A DNA stretch of 64,000 nt, taken from contig JAEOTP010000007.1 of the NCBI GenBank assembly GCA_016839765.1, positions 96,151-160,150 of the forward strand. Reading direction: 5' to 3'. Origin of the DNA: Promethearchaeota archaeon. GTDB taxonomy: Archaea > Asgardarchaeota > Lokiarchaeia > Sigyniarchaeales > SOKP01. Position 1 is the stretch's first letter. Every line of letters starts with the position of its first letter. Of the stretch, positions 21,205-29,801 are shown piece by piece. Under the pieces are notes generated by a model. It saw only the letters and a program-made list of their open reading frames with translations, was not told where the DNA came from and did no database searches. Position numbers and translations under genes: made by a program.

Positions 21205-23217
21205 ATGAAATTTTTCAAATTATTCGAACCTTTGAAAATTAATAACATGACTATATCAAATCGTATAGTTATGCCCGCAATAAATCTCAATTATGCTAAT
21301 GATGGTTTTATTACGCAAAAACTAATTGATTTTTACGTTGAAAGGGCAAAGGGAGGTGCTGCTATGCTTATTGTGGGGGGTTGTTATATAGATCTTTATG
21401 CAAAAGGACATCCAATGATGATTTCTATAGAAAATGATAAATATCTTCCAATGTTAACCGAGTTAACTAAAGCTGTGCATAATGCAAGGAGTGATGTTAA
21501 AGTTTGTTGCCAATTATACCACGGTGGTGCCTATACTTACCCACAGATAATTGGAAGAGCCCCCATTGCTCCCTCTGCGGTATATAGCAAATTTAGTAAG
21601 GCGACCCCTCGAGAAATGACTCTTGATGATATTAAAAATGAGCAACAAGCATTTGTGGAAGCAACATTACGTGCTAAAAAGGCAGGTTTTGATGCAGTTG
21701 AGATTTGTGCTAATGCTGGCTATTTAATGGATCAGTTTCTTTCACCTTTAAAAAATAAAAGAACAGATGAATATGGTGGAGTTCTTGAGAATCGGATAAG
21801 ATTTCCAATTGAAACAATTGAACTAATGAGATCAAGTGCAGAAGATTTTAATATTGGATATCGTATTTCAGGAGATGATTTTGTACCAGGAAGTAATACT
21901 TATAAAGAAAAAGCAATAATCGCTGAAATATTAGGAAAACATTTGGATTATCTTAATGTTACTGGAGGGTGGCATGTTACGAAAACACCTCAAACCACTA
22001 TGGATGTTCCCGAAGGATGTTATACTTATTTAGCGGAAAATATTAAGAAACATGTATCTATTCCTGTTTTCGCTTCCAATAGAATCAACATCCCGGAATT
22101 GGCTGAAAACATATTAATGGCTGGTAAGGCAGATGCAATTTGTATGGGCAGAACTCTGATAGCTGATCCTTATTTGCCAATAAAGGCAAAAAGAGGTGAA
22201 TTAAGAGATATAATGAATTGTGTTGGGTGTAACCAGGGATGTTTTGATAGTATTTTTAAATTATCATCCGTTACTTGTTTAAGAAATGCTAGAGCGGGAA
22301 ATGAAGCTCGAACTGAGTTGAAACCTTTAAAAGAGAAGAAAAAGGTTATGGTGATTGGTTCTGGACCTGGAGGACTGGAAGCTGCACGTGTAGCCGCAAT
22401 GAGAGGGCATGATGTACATATTTTTGAAAAAGAAGATAAAATTGGTGGGCTTATAAATATAATTTGGGTACCACCTGGCAGAAATGAATTTAAACGAATG
22501 ATTGAAAATTACACATATTGGATTCAGAAATATGGAATAACTGTACACTTGCAAGAAAAAGTTAATCTCGATAAAATTAAAGAATATAACCCAGATGTAG
22601 TATTTGTAGCTACTGGTTCAAAACCTATTTTGCCACCAATTACAGGTATAGACCGAGGAAATGTGTACTGGGCTAACCTTGTATTTAGTGGAGATGCTCC
22701 CATAGGCAAAAATAGTGTTATAATCGGCGGTGGTGCAACCGGTATTGAATTAGCAATTTATTTAGCTAAATATGGAGCACTAAGTCGTGAAGCTTTTGAC
22801 TTTCTTACATTTTACAAAGCATTAGAGCCTGACGTTGCCTTAAATATGCTCCATGGGGCAAGAAATAAAGTCACTGTTTTAGAGCAATTACCTAAACTTG
22901 GTTCAGCTTTAGGAAAAACAACTAAATGGGTTATGTTAGATAAATGTGATGCTTTAGGGATTAAAATGCTTACTAGTGTAAATGTTACTGAAATTGGTCA
23001 GAATTATGTGTCCTATATGGATGCTAATGATACTGAACAGGTTATTAATGATGTTGATATGGTATATTATGCAACGGGAGTAAAACCAAATGATAATCTT
23101 TACAGTGAATTAAAGGAACTTGGCACTTATAGCGTTGTGAAAATTGGTGATGCTAAAAAACCTGAAACCGTTATGGAAGCTGTGAGTAGGGGTTATAAGG
23201 TAGGAAATAGTATATAA
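21205..23217 (+). CDS. 2,4-dienoyl-CoA reductase-like NADH:flavin oxidoreductase (OYE + FAD domain)
   Basis: NRIVMPA, ERAKGG, GYLMDQFLSP..NKRTDEYGG, CVGCNQGC Fe-S motif, GSGPGG, GGGATG. Confidence 0.88.
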   Translation: MKFFKLFEPLKINNMTISNRIVMPAINLNYANDGFITQKLIDFYVERAKGGAAMLIVGGCYIDLYAKGHPMMISIENDKYLPMLTELTKAVHNARSDVKVCCQLYHGGAYTYPQIIGRAPIAPSAVYSKFSKATPREMTLDDIKNEQQAFVEATLRAKKAGFDAVEICANAGYLMDQFLSPLKNKRTDEYGGVLENRIRFPIETIELMRSSAEDFNIGYRISGDDFVPGSNTYKEKAIIAEILGKHLDYLNVTGGWHVTKTPQTTMDVPEGCYTYLAENIKKHVSIPVFASNRINIPELAENILMAGKADAICMGRTLIADPYLPIKAKRGELRDIMNCVGCNQGCFDSIFKLSSVTCLRNARAGNEARTELKPLKEKKKVMVIGSGPGGLEAARVAAMRGHDVHIFEKEDKIGGLINIIWVPPGRNEFKRMIENYTYWIQKYGITVHLQEKVNLDKIKEYNPDVVFVATGSKPILPPITGIDRGNVYWANLVFSGDAPIGKNSVIIGGGATGIELAIYLAKYGALSREAFDFLTFYKALEPDVALNMLHGARNKVTVLEQLPKLGSALGKTTKWVMLDKCDALGIKMLTSVNVTEIGQNYVSYMDANDTEQVINDVDMVYYATGVKPNDNLYSELKELGTYSVVKIGDAKKPETVMEAVSRGYKVGNSI

Positions 23218-23290
23218 CTAACTTTTATGAATTTATTAATTCTTGTTTTTTTATTTTATAAAATTTATAAAATAGGAAATTAATTTTTTA

Positions 23291-24286
23291 TTGATCATAT
23301 TGGAAGAAACCAAATCGAATATTCCGTTAAATGATTTAAAAAATAGGCTATCCTCCAATTTAAAAGACATTAATGAGAGGTCAAGAAATTATATCAAAGA
23401 CGTAATAACCCTTATTCATAAAGAAATTGGAATTAATAAGATTTTGTCCATAATGTTGTTTGGAAGTCAGAGATCTGAGAAAAAACAAGAAAGGTCTCTG
23501 ATATCTGACTGTGATTTACTTTTTATCTTCAAAAATCGAGTATCAAATAGGCATATTAGAGAAATTGAAAAATATTTAATTGCCTTAGAAGTAAAACATA
23601 AATTTAAATTACCGAATCCTTCATTACTTAATAATATCTTAGGGGTTATTCAATATTCAACAGGAATGTTCGTTAGCCATTTTTTAACGAAACAAAAATT
23701 CTGGGAACAGGCTAATTTCCATAAAATATTTCATGTAAATAAAGTGTTTTCTGCGTTATTTGCTCCTCGGAATATTGTATTAAGTAATGTTATTGATAAT
23801 TGTACTGTTCTTTATGGAGAAGATTTAAGAAATAATATAAAACCTCGCATTAAAATTTCAATTAAAGAGATGTTTAAAAGTACAGTGATGAATTTATTCA
23901 TATCATTTTTTGCTCTTATAATATTCCCTTTAAAAAAAATTAATTCAATAAAGTATCAGTTGGAGGCGATAAAATGGACTTTAAGGACTGCAAATTATTA
24001 TTGCTTTGAAGATACTGAGACTCTTATTTATATAATTAATAGATTTATTTCTCTCGAATCTTATGCATCCCAAATAAAATCAAAACACTTTTTTAATAAA
24101 TTCCTCCAATTAAGGAAAAAACCTCAAAATATTTTTAATTTTATGCTACGGTCTCCTATCAGAATTATTAAAATTCACGTTAAAGCAATCATTTACAAAA
24201 AGCTAGTTAAAAAAAATCTAATAAAAGTGCCCATAAAACGTAGGGACCAAATCATTACAGGTCAAACCTTCCCTATACAGTTTTAA
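23291..24286 (+). CDS. Pol-beta superfamily nucleotidyltransferase domain protein
   Basis: IMLFGS...SDCDLLFIF (hG[GS]..DxD signature) plus helical C-terminal domain. Confidence 0.65.
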   Translation: MIILEETKSNIPLNDLKNRLSSNLKDINERSRNYIKDVITLIHKEIGINKILSIMLFGSQRSEKKQERSLISDCDLLFIFKNRVSNRHIREIEKYLIALEVKHKFKLPNPSLLNNILGVIQYSTGMFVSHFLTKQKFWEQANFHKIFHVNKVFSALFAPRNIVLSNVIDNCTVLYGEDLRNNIKPRIKISIKEMFKSTVMNLFISFFALIIFPLKKINSIKYQLEAIKWTLRTANYYCFEDTETLIYIINRFISLESYASQIKSKHFFNKFLQLRKKPQNIFNFMLRSPIRIIKIHVKAIIYKKLVKKNLIKVPIKRRDQIITGQTFPIQF

Positions 24287-24363
24287 ATAGAGAAAATAAA
24301 AAGTTTTAATAATTTTAGAATTCTATAAATAATTATTAAGGATAAATCAAATGCTTTTTTAAA

Positions 24364-24909
24364 ATGGAAAGCAACAGTATTGACATTAGAGAATTATTTT
24401 TAGATATTTTAGAAATAGTTAAGTTTGAACTTCGGTTTTATACCATTAAAGAGAGTCCGATGTTTGAGCGAATTGTGAAAACAAGAGTGTTCCAACAAAA
24501 ACTCCAAAGACTTAAGGATTTCATCAATGCGTATTTCGAAATAATGTATAAAGACGAAGATAGTCCCATTAATCAAGCCGCTCTTCGTGCTCAATTAGAT
24601 AATATTGCCAGAATTACTAATTATTACAACGATTTATCTGATTTTTATAAAGACCATACAAAAACTCTTATCACCAAAGAGAAGCTCCAGGGTCTAATAG
24701 ATTACAGCCATATTGAAATTTTATTCCTTATCTTTACTAATATCATAGACTGGGAACATTACAAAAGCAGTTTAATTTTTCCACATAATAAGAGTAAAGA
24801 AAAATTATTAAAAGAATTTTTAAGTAAAATTGCGAGTTCAGATATAAAAAACCTTGAAGATTTAGTTGATCTTGAGCAATCAATTGAGAGCTTTGTAGCA
24901 AATATTTAG
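24364..24909 (+). CDS. Hypothetical helical protein
   Basis: 181-aa ORF with protein-like composition. Confidence 0.6.
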   Translation: MESNSIDIRELFLDILEIVKFELRFYTIKESPMFERIVKTRVFQQKLQRLKDFINAYFEIMYKDEDSPINQAALRAQLDNIARITNYYNDLSDFYKDHTKTLITKEKLQGLIDYSHIEILFLIFTNIIDWEHYKSSLIFPHNKSKEKLLKEFLSKIASSDIKNLEDLVDLEQSIESFVANI

Positions 24910-25117
24910 ATTTAATTATAACTACTCTTTTTAAAATTTTTAATGCACGTTCAAGAATTTTTAATTTTCAACATTCTCTTGTGAAATTCAGTCAAAAATA
25001 TTTTTATAGTCGAAGAAGTATGTCTAGTAAGAATAGTAAATAATAGTTGGAATTATTTTCAGAATCGTACATTCTGAAATCTATCAGATTATAGAAGTGT
25101 ACATAGGTATCAATTCA

Positions 25118-25423
25118 ATGGATTGCATAGCTCAAATTATGGAATTTTATCACAATAAAGCAAAAAGTGCTCATGATCCAGTTCAATTTAATAGAGTTTG
25201 GTTAAGCAAGATTTTGATAAAATTAATGAATAATTTTAATGGTAAAGCTACACCAGAGGATAATTTCCAACTTCGGAGTTGTTTAATTTTATTGATTAAT
25301 TTATTTTCAAACAATGATACTACTGATCACTATAATAAAAAAGGAAAAGGAAGTAAAGAACTCTCTGCTAAGGAAAAAGAATTTTTTAAAGAACTCTTAG
25401 CGAAAGAATTTCTTAATAATTAA
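25118..25423 (+). CDS. Hypothetical protein
   Basis: ORF track 25097-25423; ATG 25118 follows an AGGT SD-like motif. Confidence 0.6.
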   Translation: MDCIAQIMEFYHNKAKSAHDPVQFNRVWLSKILIKLMNNFNGKATPEDNFQLRSCLILLINLFSNNDTTDHYNKKGKGSKELSAKEKEFFKELLAKEFLNN

Positions 25424-25445
25424 TTCGATATTTTTTTGAATTTTA

Positions 25446-27731
25446 TTAAAAAACTTTTAATTCTGCTTCTTTCCATTTATCATATTCATTAAAAATAGTA
25501 TCAATTTTATCCAAAATCTTTTTAAGTGTTTTTTTTGTGTCTTTATTTTGACCAAACGTATCAGTAATTACATTATATATATTAACATTAAATTCTAAAG
25601 TTAGGTCAGAGATTTTTTCTAAGTCTTCTTTATTAATTCCGTTTTCCTCTAATTGTTTAAAAATATCTTCAAATTCCTGTCTTAATCGATTTGTTGCTAT
25701 TAATGATTTAGAACATTTTTTAAAAAATTGCTTTTCTTTTTCATAAACTAATTGATCTTCTTCAGATAAATCTGAAGTACCATTAATCACTTCTAATCTT
25801 TCATTAAGGAGATTTATTACTCTTTCATAGGTTTTAATTGCATCCAAAATCTTAACCATGCTCTTAATTAAATTATTTTTCCTTAATAGTCGTGCTTCTA
25901 TTATTTTTAAATTAGCATCTTCATAATAAATCTGCAATTCTCCGAATGTGCTTTTTTCTCCTTCAGCAATTTTTAATACTATCTGTTTTAGATCTTCATT
26001 ATGTAAACTTCTTTCTTTCTGTGATAAATCATCACTTTCTAGTAAGTTATAAATCTGATTTGCCATACTTTTTATCGAGGTTGCTTTAATGTTTAGCTCC
26101 CGCGCTTTTTGTTCAATATTGGTTATGCTCCTAAATTCACCTTCTTTTTCACAGTAATTAAAAATTATAATAGCTTCACTAATTAACTTGTTAAATTTTT
26201 CAGGACTAGTCAATATATAATATTTAGCATCTTGAACTTTTTGAATTGCTCTATCCATTTGAATTTCTAATTCAAAAATATAGTCTAATAAACCAACTTG
26301 TTTTCGTTCAGATAGAATCATCGATTTGGTGGTTAAATCCTTTCCAACGCTCCGACTGGCAAAAATCCATAAAATACACGCTGGTATCCACAAAAACACA
26401 GAAATAAACATCATATTATATATTCCACTATTATTAAACATACCATTCAAAAATGATATTAAGAAATAAGACACAAATAAAGTAAGTCCCTTTCCAATTT
26501 GCTCAGAAAGGTTTAAGAACGAAATAGACGTTCCTCTATGTTCGGGTAAATTGATATCAATCATAACAGCATTTCTATTCGCTACTGGACCAGCAATTAG
26601 AATTGTACCAATAAGCCCAAAAATAAAATAATAAATATAATTGGGATATTTCGAAAAAATTTCTCCTAATGTTAAGAAAATATAATTGGCAAGTTCAGAT
26701 GTTGGAATTGGACTAGGATAAGTAATATTTAAAATAGTTATACTAACAGGCTTAATAAGAAGCAGTGTAACTAGATAGAAAGGGAAAGCACTGATCATAC
26801 AAACCATTGCCAGTCTTGTTCTATTTTTCTTATTTTTTCGATATAAAATATCTCCTAAATAGGAAAGAACTAAATTTCCAATAATATATCCAATACCTAA
26901 TATACCTGCTAAGATAGTAGCGGTTTGTAACCGAATTTGTAGTGGTAAATCATTTAAATAATATAATGTTAACATTGAGGTTAGAAAATATATTGTAACT
27001 GTTCCGGGAATAATAGAAAAAAAGCTTTGGTAGATGAGATATCGATTCGTCTTTTTTTTTAAGATTTTAGATAGATCTTTTTTTGAAATAGTATAACTAT
27101 ATTCAAGATTTAGTTCCGTTAAGTCTAATAATTCAGCCTCACTTACACCACGTTTGGGTATTTTAACAAAAAAAAGAAAAAATACTATGGCTATACTTAT
27201 ACCAGATAACAAAAAGAATGGGAATCTCCATGTTAAGATTGGACCAATAAATGATGATAAAGCTTGTCCAACTCCATTTGAGACTGAACTTAAAATTGCT
27301 AAAGTACCAAACCAACCAGATCGTTCATCAGGCGGAATAGCATCAGAAATGATAGAGTATCCTACTGGTAATACACAACCCAGACCTGCTCCACTTAACA
27401 TCCTTGAAACTACCAACATAATGTAGCTCGTTGAAAAGCCAGTTAGGGCCATTCCAAATGTCCAGGAAAATGCTCCTGCCATTATAACTTTTGTTCTATC
27501 AATCCGATCAGTATAATAACCCCACAATAAAGCAAAAAAAGCGCTTACCACTATAAAAAAAGCATCTGGAATTGCTAATAATGCCTCTGGAATATTAAAT
27601 TCTAATTGAATAGCTGCATAACTAGGGATCAGCATATTAGCACATGCTATTGATACAAATAACAATAACATTACTAATAAAATTGGAGTTAAATCCTTCA
27701 GTTTAATTTTTGTTAATTTAAAGCGTCCAAT
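25446..27731 (-). CDS. MFS transporter fused to a ~290-aa soluble helical tail; probable ATT start at 27731
   Basis: MFS motif A WGYYTDRIDRTK, second GDILYRK; frame stays open 5' of ATG 27671 and includes the start of TM1 (LTPILLVMLL); AAGGT precedes ATT 27731. Confidence 0.8.
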   Translation of the reverse strand: MGRFKLTKIKLKDLTPILLVMLLLFVSIACANMLIPSYAAIQLEFNIPEALLAIPDAFFIVVSAFFALLWGYYTDRIDRTKVIMAGAFSWTFGMALTGFSTSYIMLVVSRMLSGAGLGCVLPVGYSIISDAIPPDERSGWFGTLAILSSVSNGVGQALSSFIGPILTWRFPFFLLSGISIAIVFFLFFVKIPKRGVSEAELLDLTELNLEYSYTISKKDLSKILKKKTNRYLIYQSFFSIIPGTVTIYFLTSMLTLYYLNDLPLQIRLQTATILAGILGIGYIIGNLVLSYLGDILYRKNKKNRTRLAMVCMISAFPFYLVTLLLIKPVSITILNITYPSPIPTSELANYIFLTLGEIFSKYPNYIYYFIFGLIGTILIAGPVANRNAVMIDINLPEHRGTSISFLNLSEQIGKGLTLFVSYFLISFLNGMFNNSGIYNMMFISVFLWIPACILWIFASRSVGKDLTTKSMILSERKQVGLLDYIFELEIQMDRAIQKVQDAKYYILTSPEKFNKLISEAIIIFNYCEKEGEFRSITNIEQKARELNIKATSIKSMANQIYNLLESDDLSQKERSLHNEDLKQIVLKIAEGEKSTFGELQIYYEDANLKIIEARLLRKNNLIKSMVKILDAIKTYERVINLLNERLEVINGTSDLSEEDQLVYEKEKQFFKKCSKSLIATNRLRQEFEDIFKQLEENGINKEDLEKISDLTLEFNVNIYNVITDTFGQNKDTKKTLKKILDKIDTIFNEYDKWKEAELKVF

Positions 27732-27879
27732 AAGCTTAACCTTTCTAATTTTGTTATATTTAATAACATTAGAGAATTAAAAAAGCTTTCAAACCGATAA
27801 TTTTTTAAGTAATGCTCTTAATTTTAATAAAATTTGATAAAAGGAAAACAAATTTATTCAATTATAGGAAAAAAATTAT

Positions 27880-28569
27880 TTATAAAGACATGTAATAATC
27901 CAAAGCTGAATCAATGTGAATTTCTATTGTATCTAATAATTTCAATTTACAATCTTTTTGTTTTAGTATCAATGGAAGCTCAGTACATCCTAAAATTACT
28001 CCATCTACATCATAATTACTTATAATCTCTAATAATCTTTGTCTACTTTCTGAATTAAGTATGCCAATAACTAATTCGTCAAATATGATATTATCTATCT
28101 CGTTTTGCTCTTTATCTAATGGGGTTATTACCTTCATCCCGACTGCGTTGAATTCTTCTTGGTAAAAGGTAGATTGCATGGTAAATTTGATACCTAATAA
28201 TAGCAATTTCCTCATATTTTCTTTCTTTGCCTTTTCTGCCGTTGCTTTTACTATGCTAAGAAGTGGAACCTTTGCCCGACTCTTCAAATCTTCATAAACT
28301 GCGTGAGGAGAATTGGCGGCCATGTATATAAAATCTACTCCTGCATTCTCTAATGAGTTTATTCCTTCCATTAAATATTCTATATACTTTTCTTTTTTTT
28401 TTCCCAGCTCATAATCTATTACTTTTTGAAAATTTAGACTAAATATAACAACTTCCGGATAAGAATAATTATGTTCTTTTTCATAGTATTTCTCCAAGAA
28501 TAATTGGTAATATTTTAAGGTAGATTCATATGACATTCCTCCAAGCAATCCAACCCTAGCATTTTTCAT
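27880..28569 (-). CDS. Aspartate/glutamate racemase family protein
   Basis: GLLGGMSYESTLKYY, AANSPH, LLLGIKFTM, ILGCTELPL. Confidence 0.88.
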   Translation of the reverse strand: MKNARVGLLGGMSYESTLKYYQLFLEKYYEKEHNYSYPEVVIFSLNFQKVIDYELGKKKEKYIEYLMEGINSLENAGVDFIYMAANSPHAVYEDLKSRAKVPLLSIVKATAEKAKKENMRKLLLLGIKFTMQSTFYQEEFNAVGMKVITPLDKEQNEIDNIIFDELVIGILNSESRQRLLEIISNYDVDGVILGCTELPLILKQKDCKLKLLDTIEIHIDSALDYYMSL

Positions 28570-28798
28570 TTTTTTAACCTTTTAGTTTATGATCTGTTTT
28601 AATTGATACTTGAATAATAAAATTGCATTGTTTTTATCAATACTAGGTTCTTAAAAATTGAATATATCTAAATTTTCGTGAAATGCCGATTTATTTAGAT
28701 TTTATGGTGTATTTCAATAAAAAGTGATTAAAAGGTATACTTATTTTAATTTAGAACAAATTGTTGTTTAAATATATTTAATACAATCTAAATTTAGT

Positions 28799-29275
28799 AT
28801 GGAAGATGAAAATATAGAAACTCTTAAAAATTTTCTAGTAGGAAAAGAGAAAGAAAAAAAACTTAAAAAATGCACTAAATGTAAGCAAACTTTTCCTGCT
28901 ACGTCTGAATTTTTCTATAAACATAGCAGCAGAAAAGATGGTCTTGATTCTTGGTGTAAAGAGTGTAAGAGAGAATATGATAATAAACATTATAAAATAA
29001 AGAACTACAATATTACAATTAAAGAATATAACAAATTAATAAAAAAACAGAATAATAGATGTGCAATATGTGGTATTGATTTTGATTTTCTTGATAAAAT
29101 TAGGAACTACAACAAAGTTCCAGGGATTGGTAAACCAAGAATAGATCATGATCACAAAAGAGGAAAAATAAGAGGGCTTTTATGCGATGATTGTAATACT
29201 GCGTTAGGAATATTCCAAGAAAATCCTCTAATTTTAATTAAGGCAATTAAATATATACAAAAACATAAAAAATAA
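28799..29275 (+). CDS. Endonuclease VII-family (His-Me finger) nuclease with N-terminal zinc finger
   Basis: CTKC..CKEC; QNNRCAICG..IDHDHKRGKIRGLLCDDCNTALG. Confidence 0.85.
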   Translation: MEDENIETLKNFLVGKEKEKKLKKCTKCKQTFPATSEFFYKHSSRKDGLDSWCKECKREYDNKHYKIKNYNITIKEYNKLIKKQNNRCAICGIDFDFLDKIRNYNKVPGIGKPRIDHDHKRGKIRGLLCDDCNTALGIFQENPLILIKAIKYIQKHKK

Positions 29276-29576
29276 AAAAAATTAGCTCCCCTAAATCAAG
29301 TAATATTGATTCTTTTTAATCTCTTTAAAGGACTTTTGAGTTTTTTATTTAACGGAGTTTTTATTATCATTAATTCCAATAACAGCAACTAGCGACACTT
29401 CCTTTTTATTTAACTTATATAAGCGTCTTATGTAGAATTTAAATGTGCCGATTTCGCGTTTTAATATATTGCTTTAGATAATATTTCAATAAATATCTAG
29501 ATATTACAATCTAAATTTTAAAATTCATAGTAAAAGCAAGAAATATCCCAAACAAATAACTTTTTTAGCTATTAAA

Positions 29577-29680
29577 TGGTGGAGCTGGGGGGAATTGAAC
29601 CCCCGGCCTTACGCATGCCAAGCGTACGATCTTCCATTTATCCTGAGGTTTAAAATTATCTCAGTCTAATCCACAGCCCC
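29577..29680 (-). tRNA. tRNA-Ala(GGC) with a 29-nt D-loop intron (29637-29665), CCA encoded
   Basis: Acceptor GGGGCTG/CAGCTCC with G3:U70; anticodon arm TACGC-TTGGCAT-GCGTA; T arm GGGGG-TTCAATT-CCCCC; removing the insert gives D arm GATT-AGTGGAA-GATC and a 75-nt tRNA. Confidence 0.92.
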
Positions 29681-29801
29681 TCTTGTTATAAAATGTAAAT
29701 GTTGAGAAAAGCCGACAGTAAGATAAACTAATCATTAATCTTAAAAAAAAATTATGTTTTTTTGAAATATTAAAAAAATAAATAAATAGCTATTTTATTA
29801 T

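Noticed and set aside
28684-29454. TGCCGATTT 9-mer on both sides of the endonuclease VII gene (28684-28692, 29446-29454) as a target-site duplication
   Set aside because: No terminal inverted repeats or transposase; one shared 9-mer is compatible with chance.
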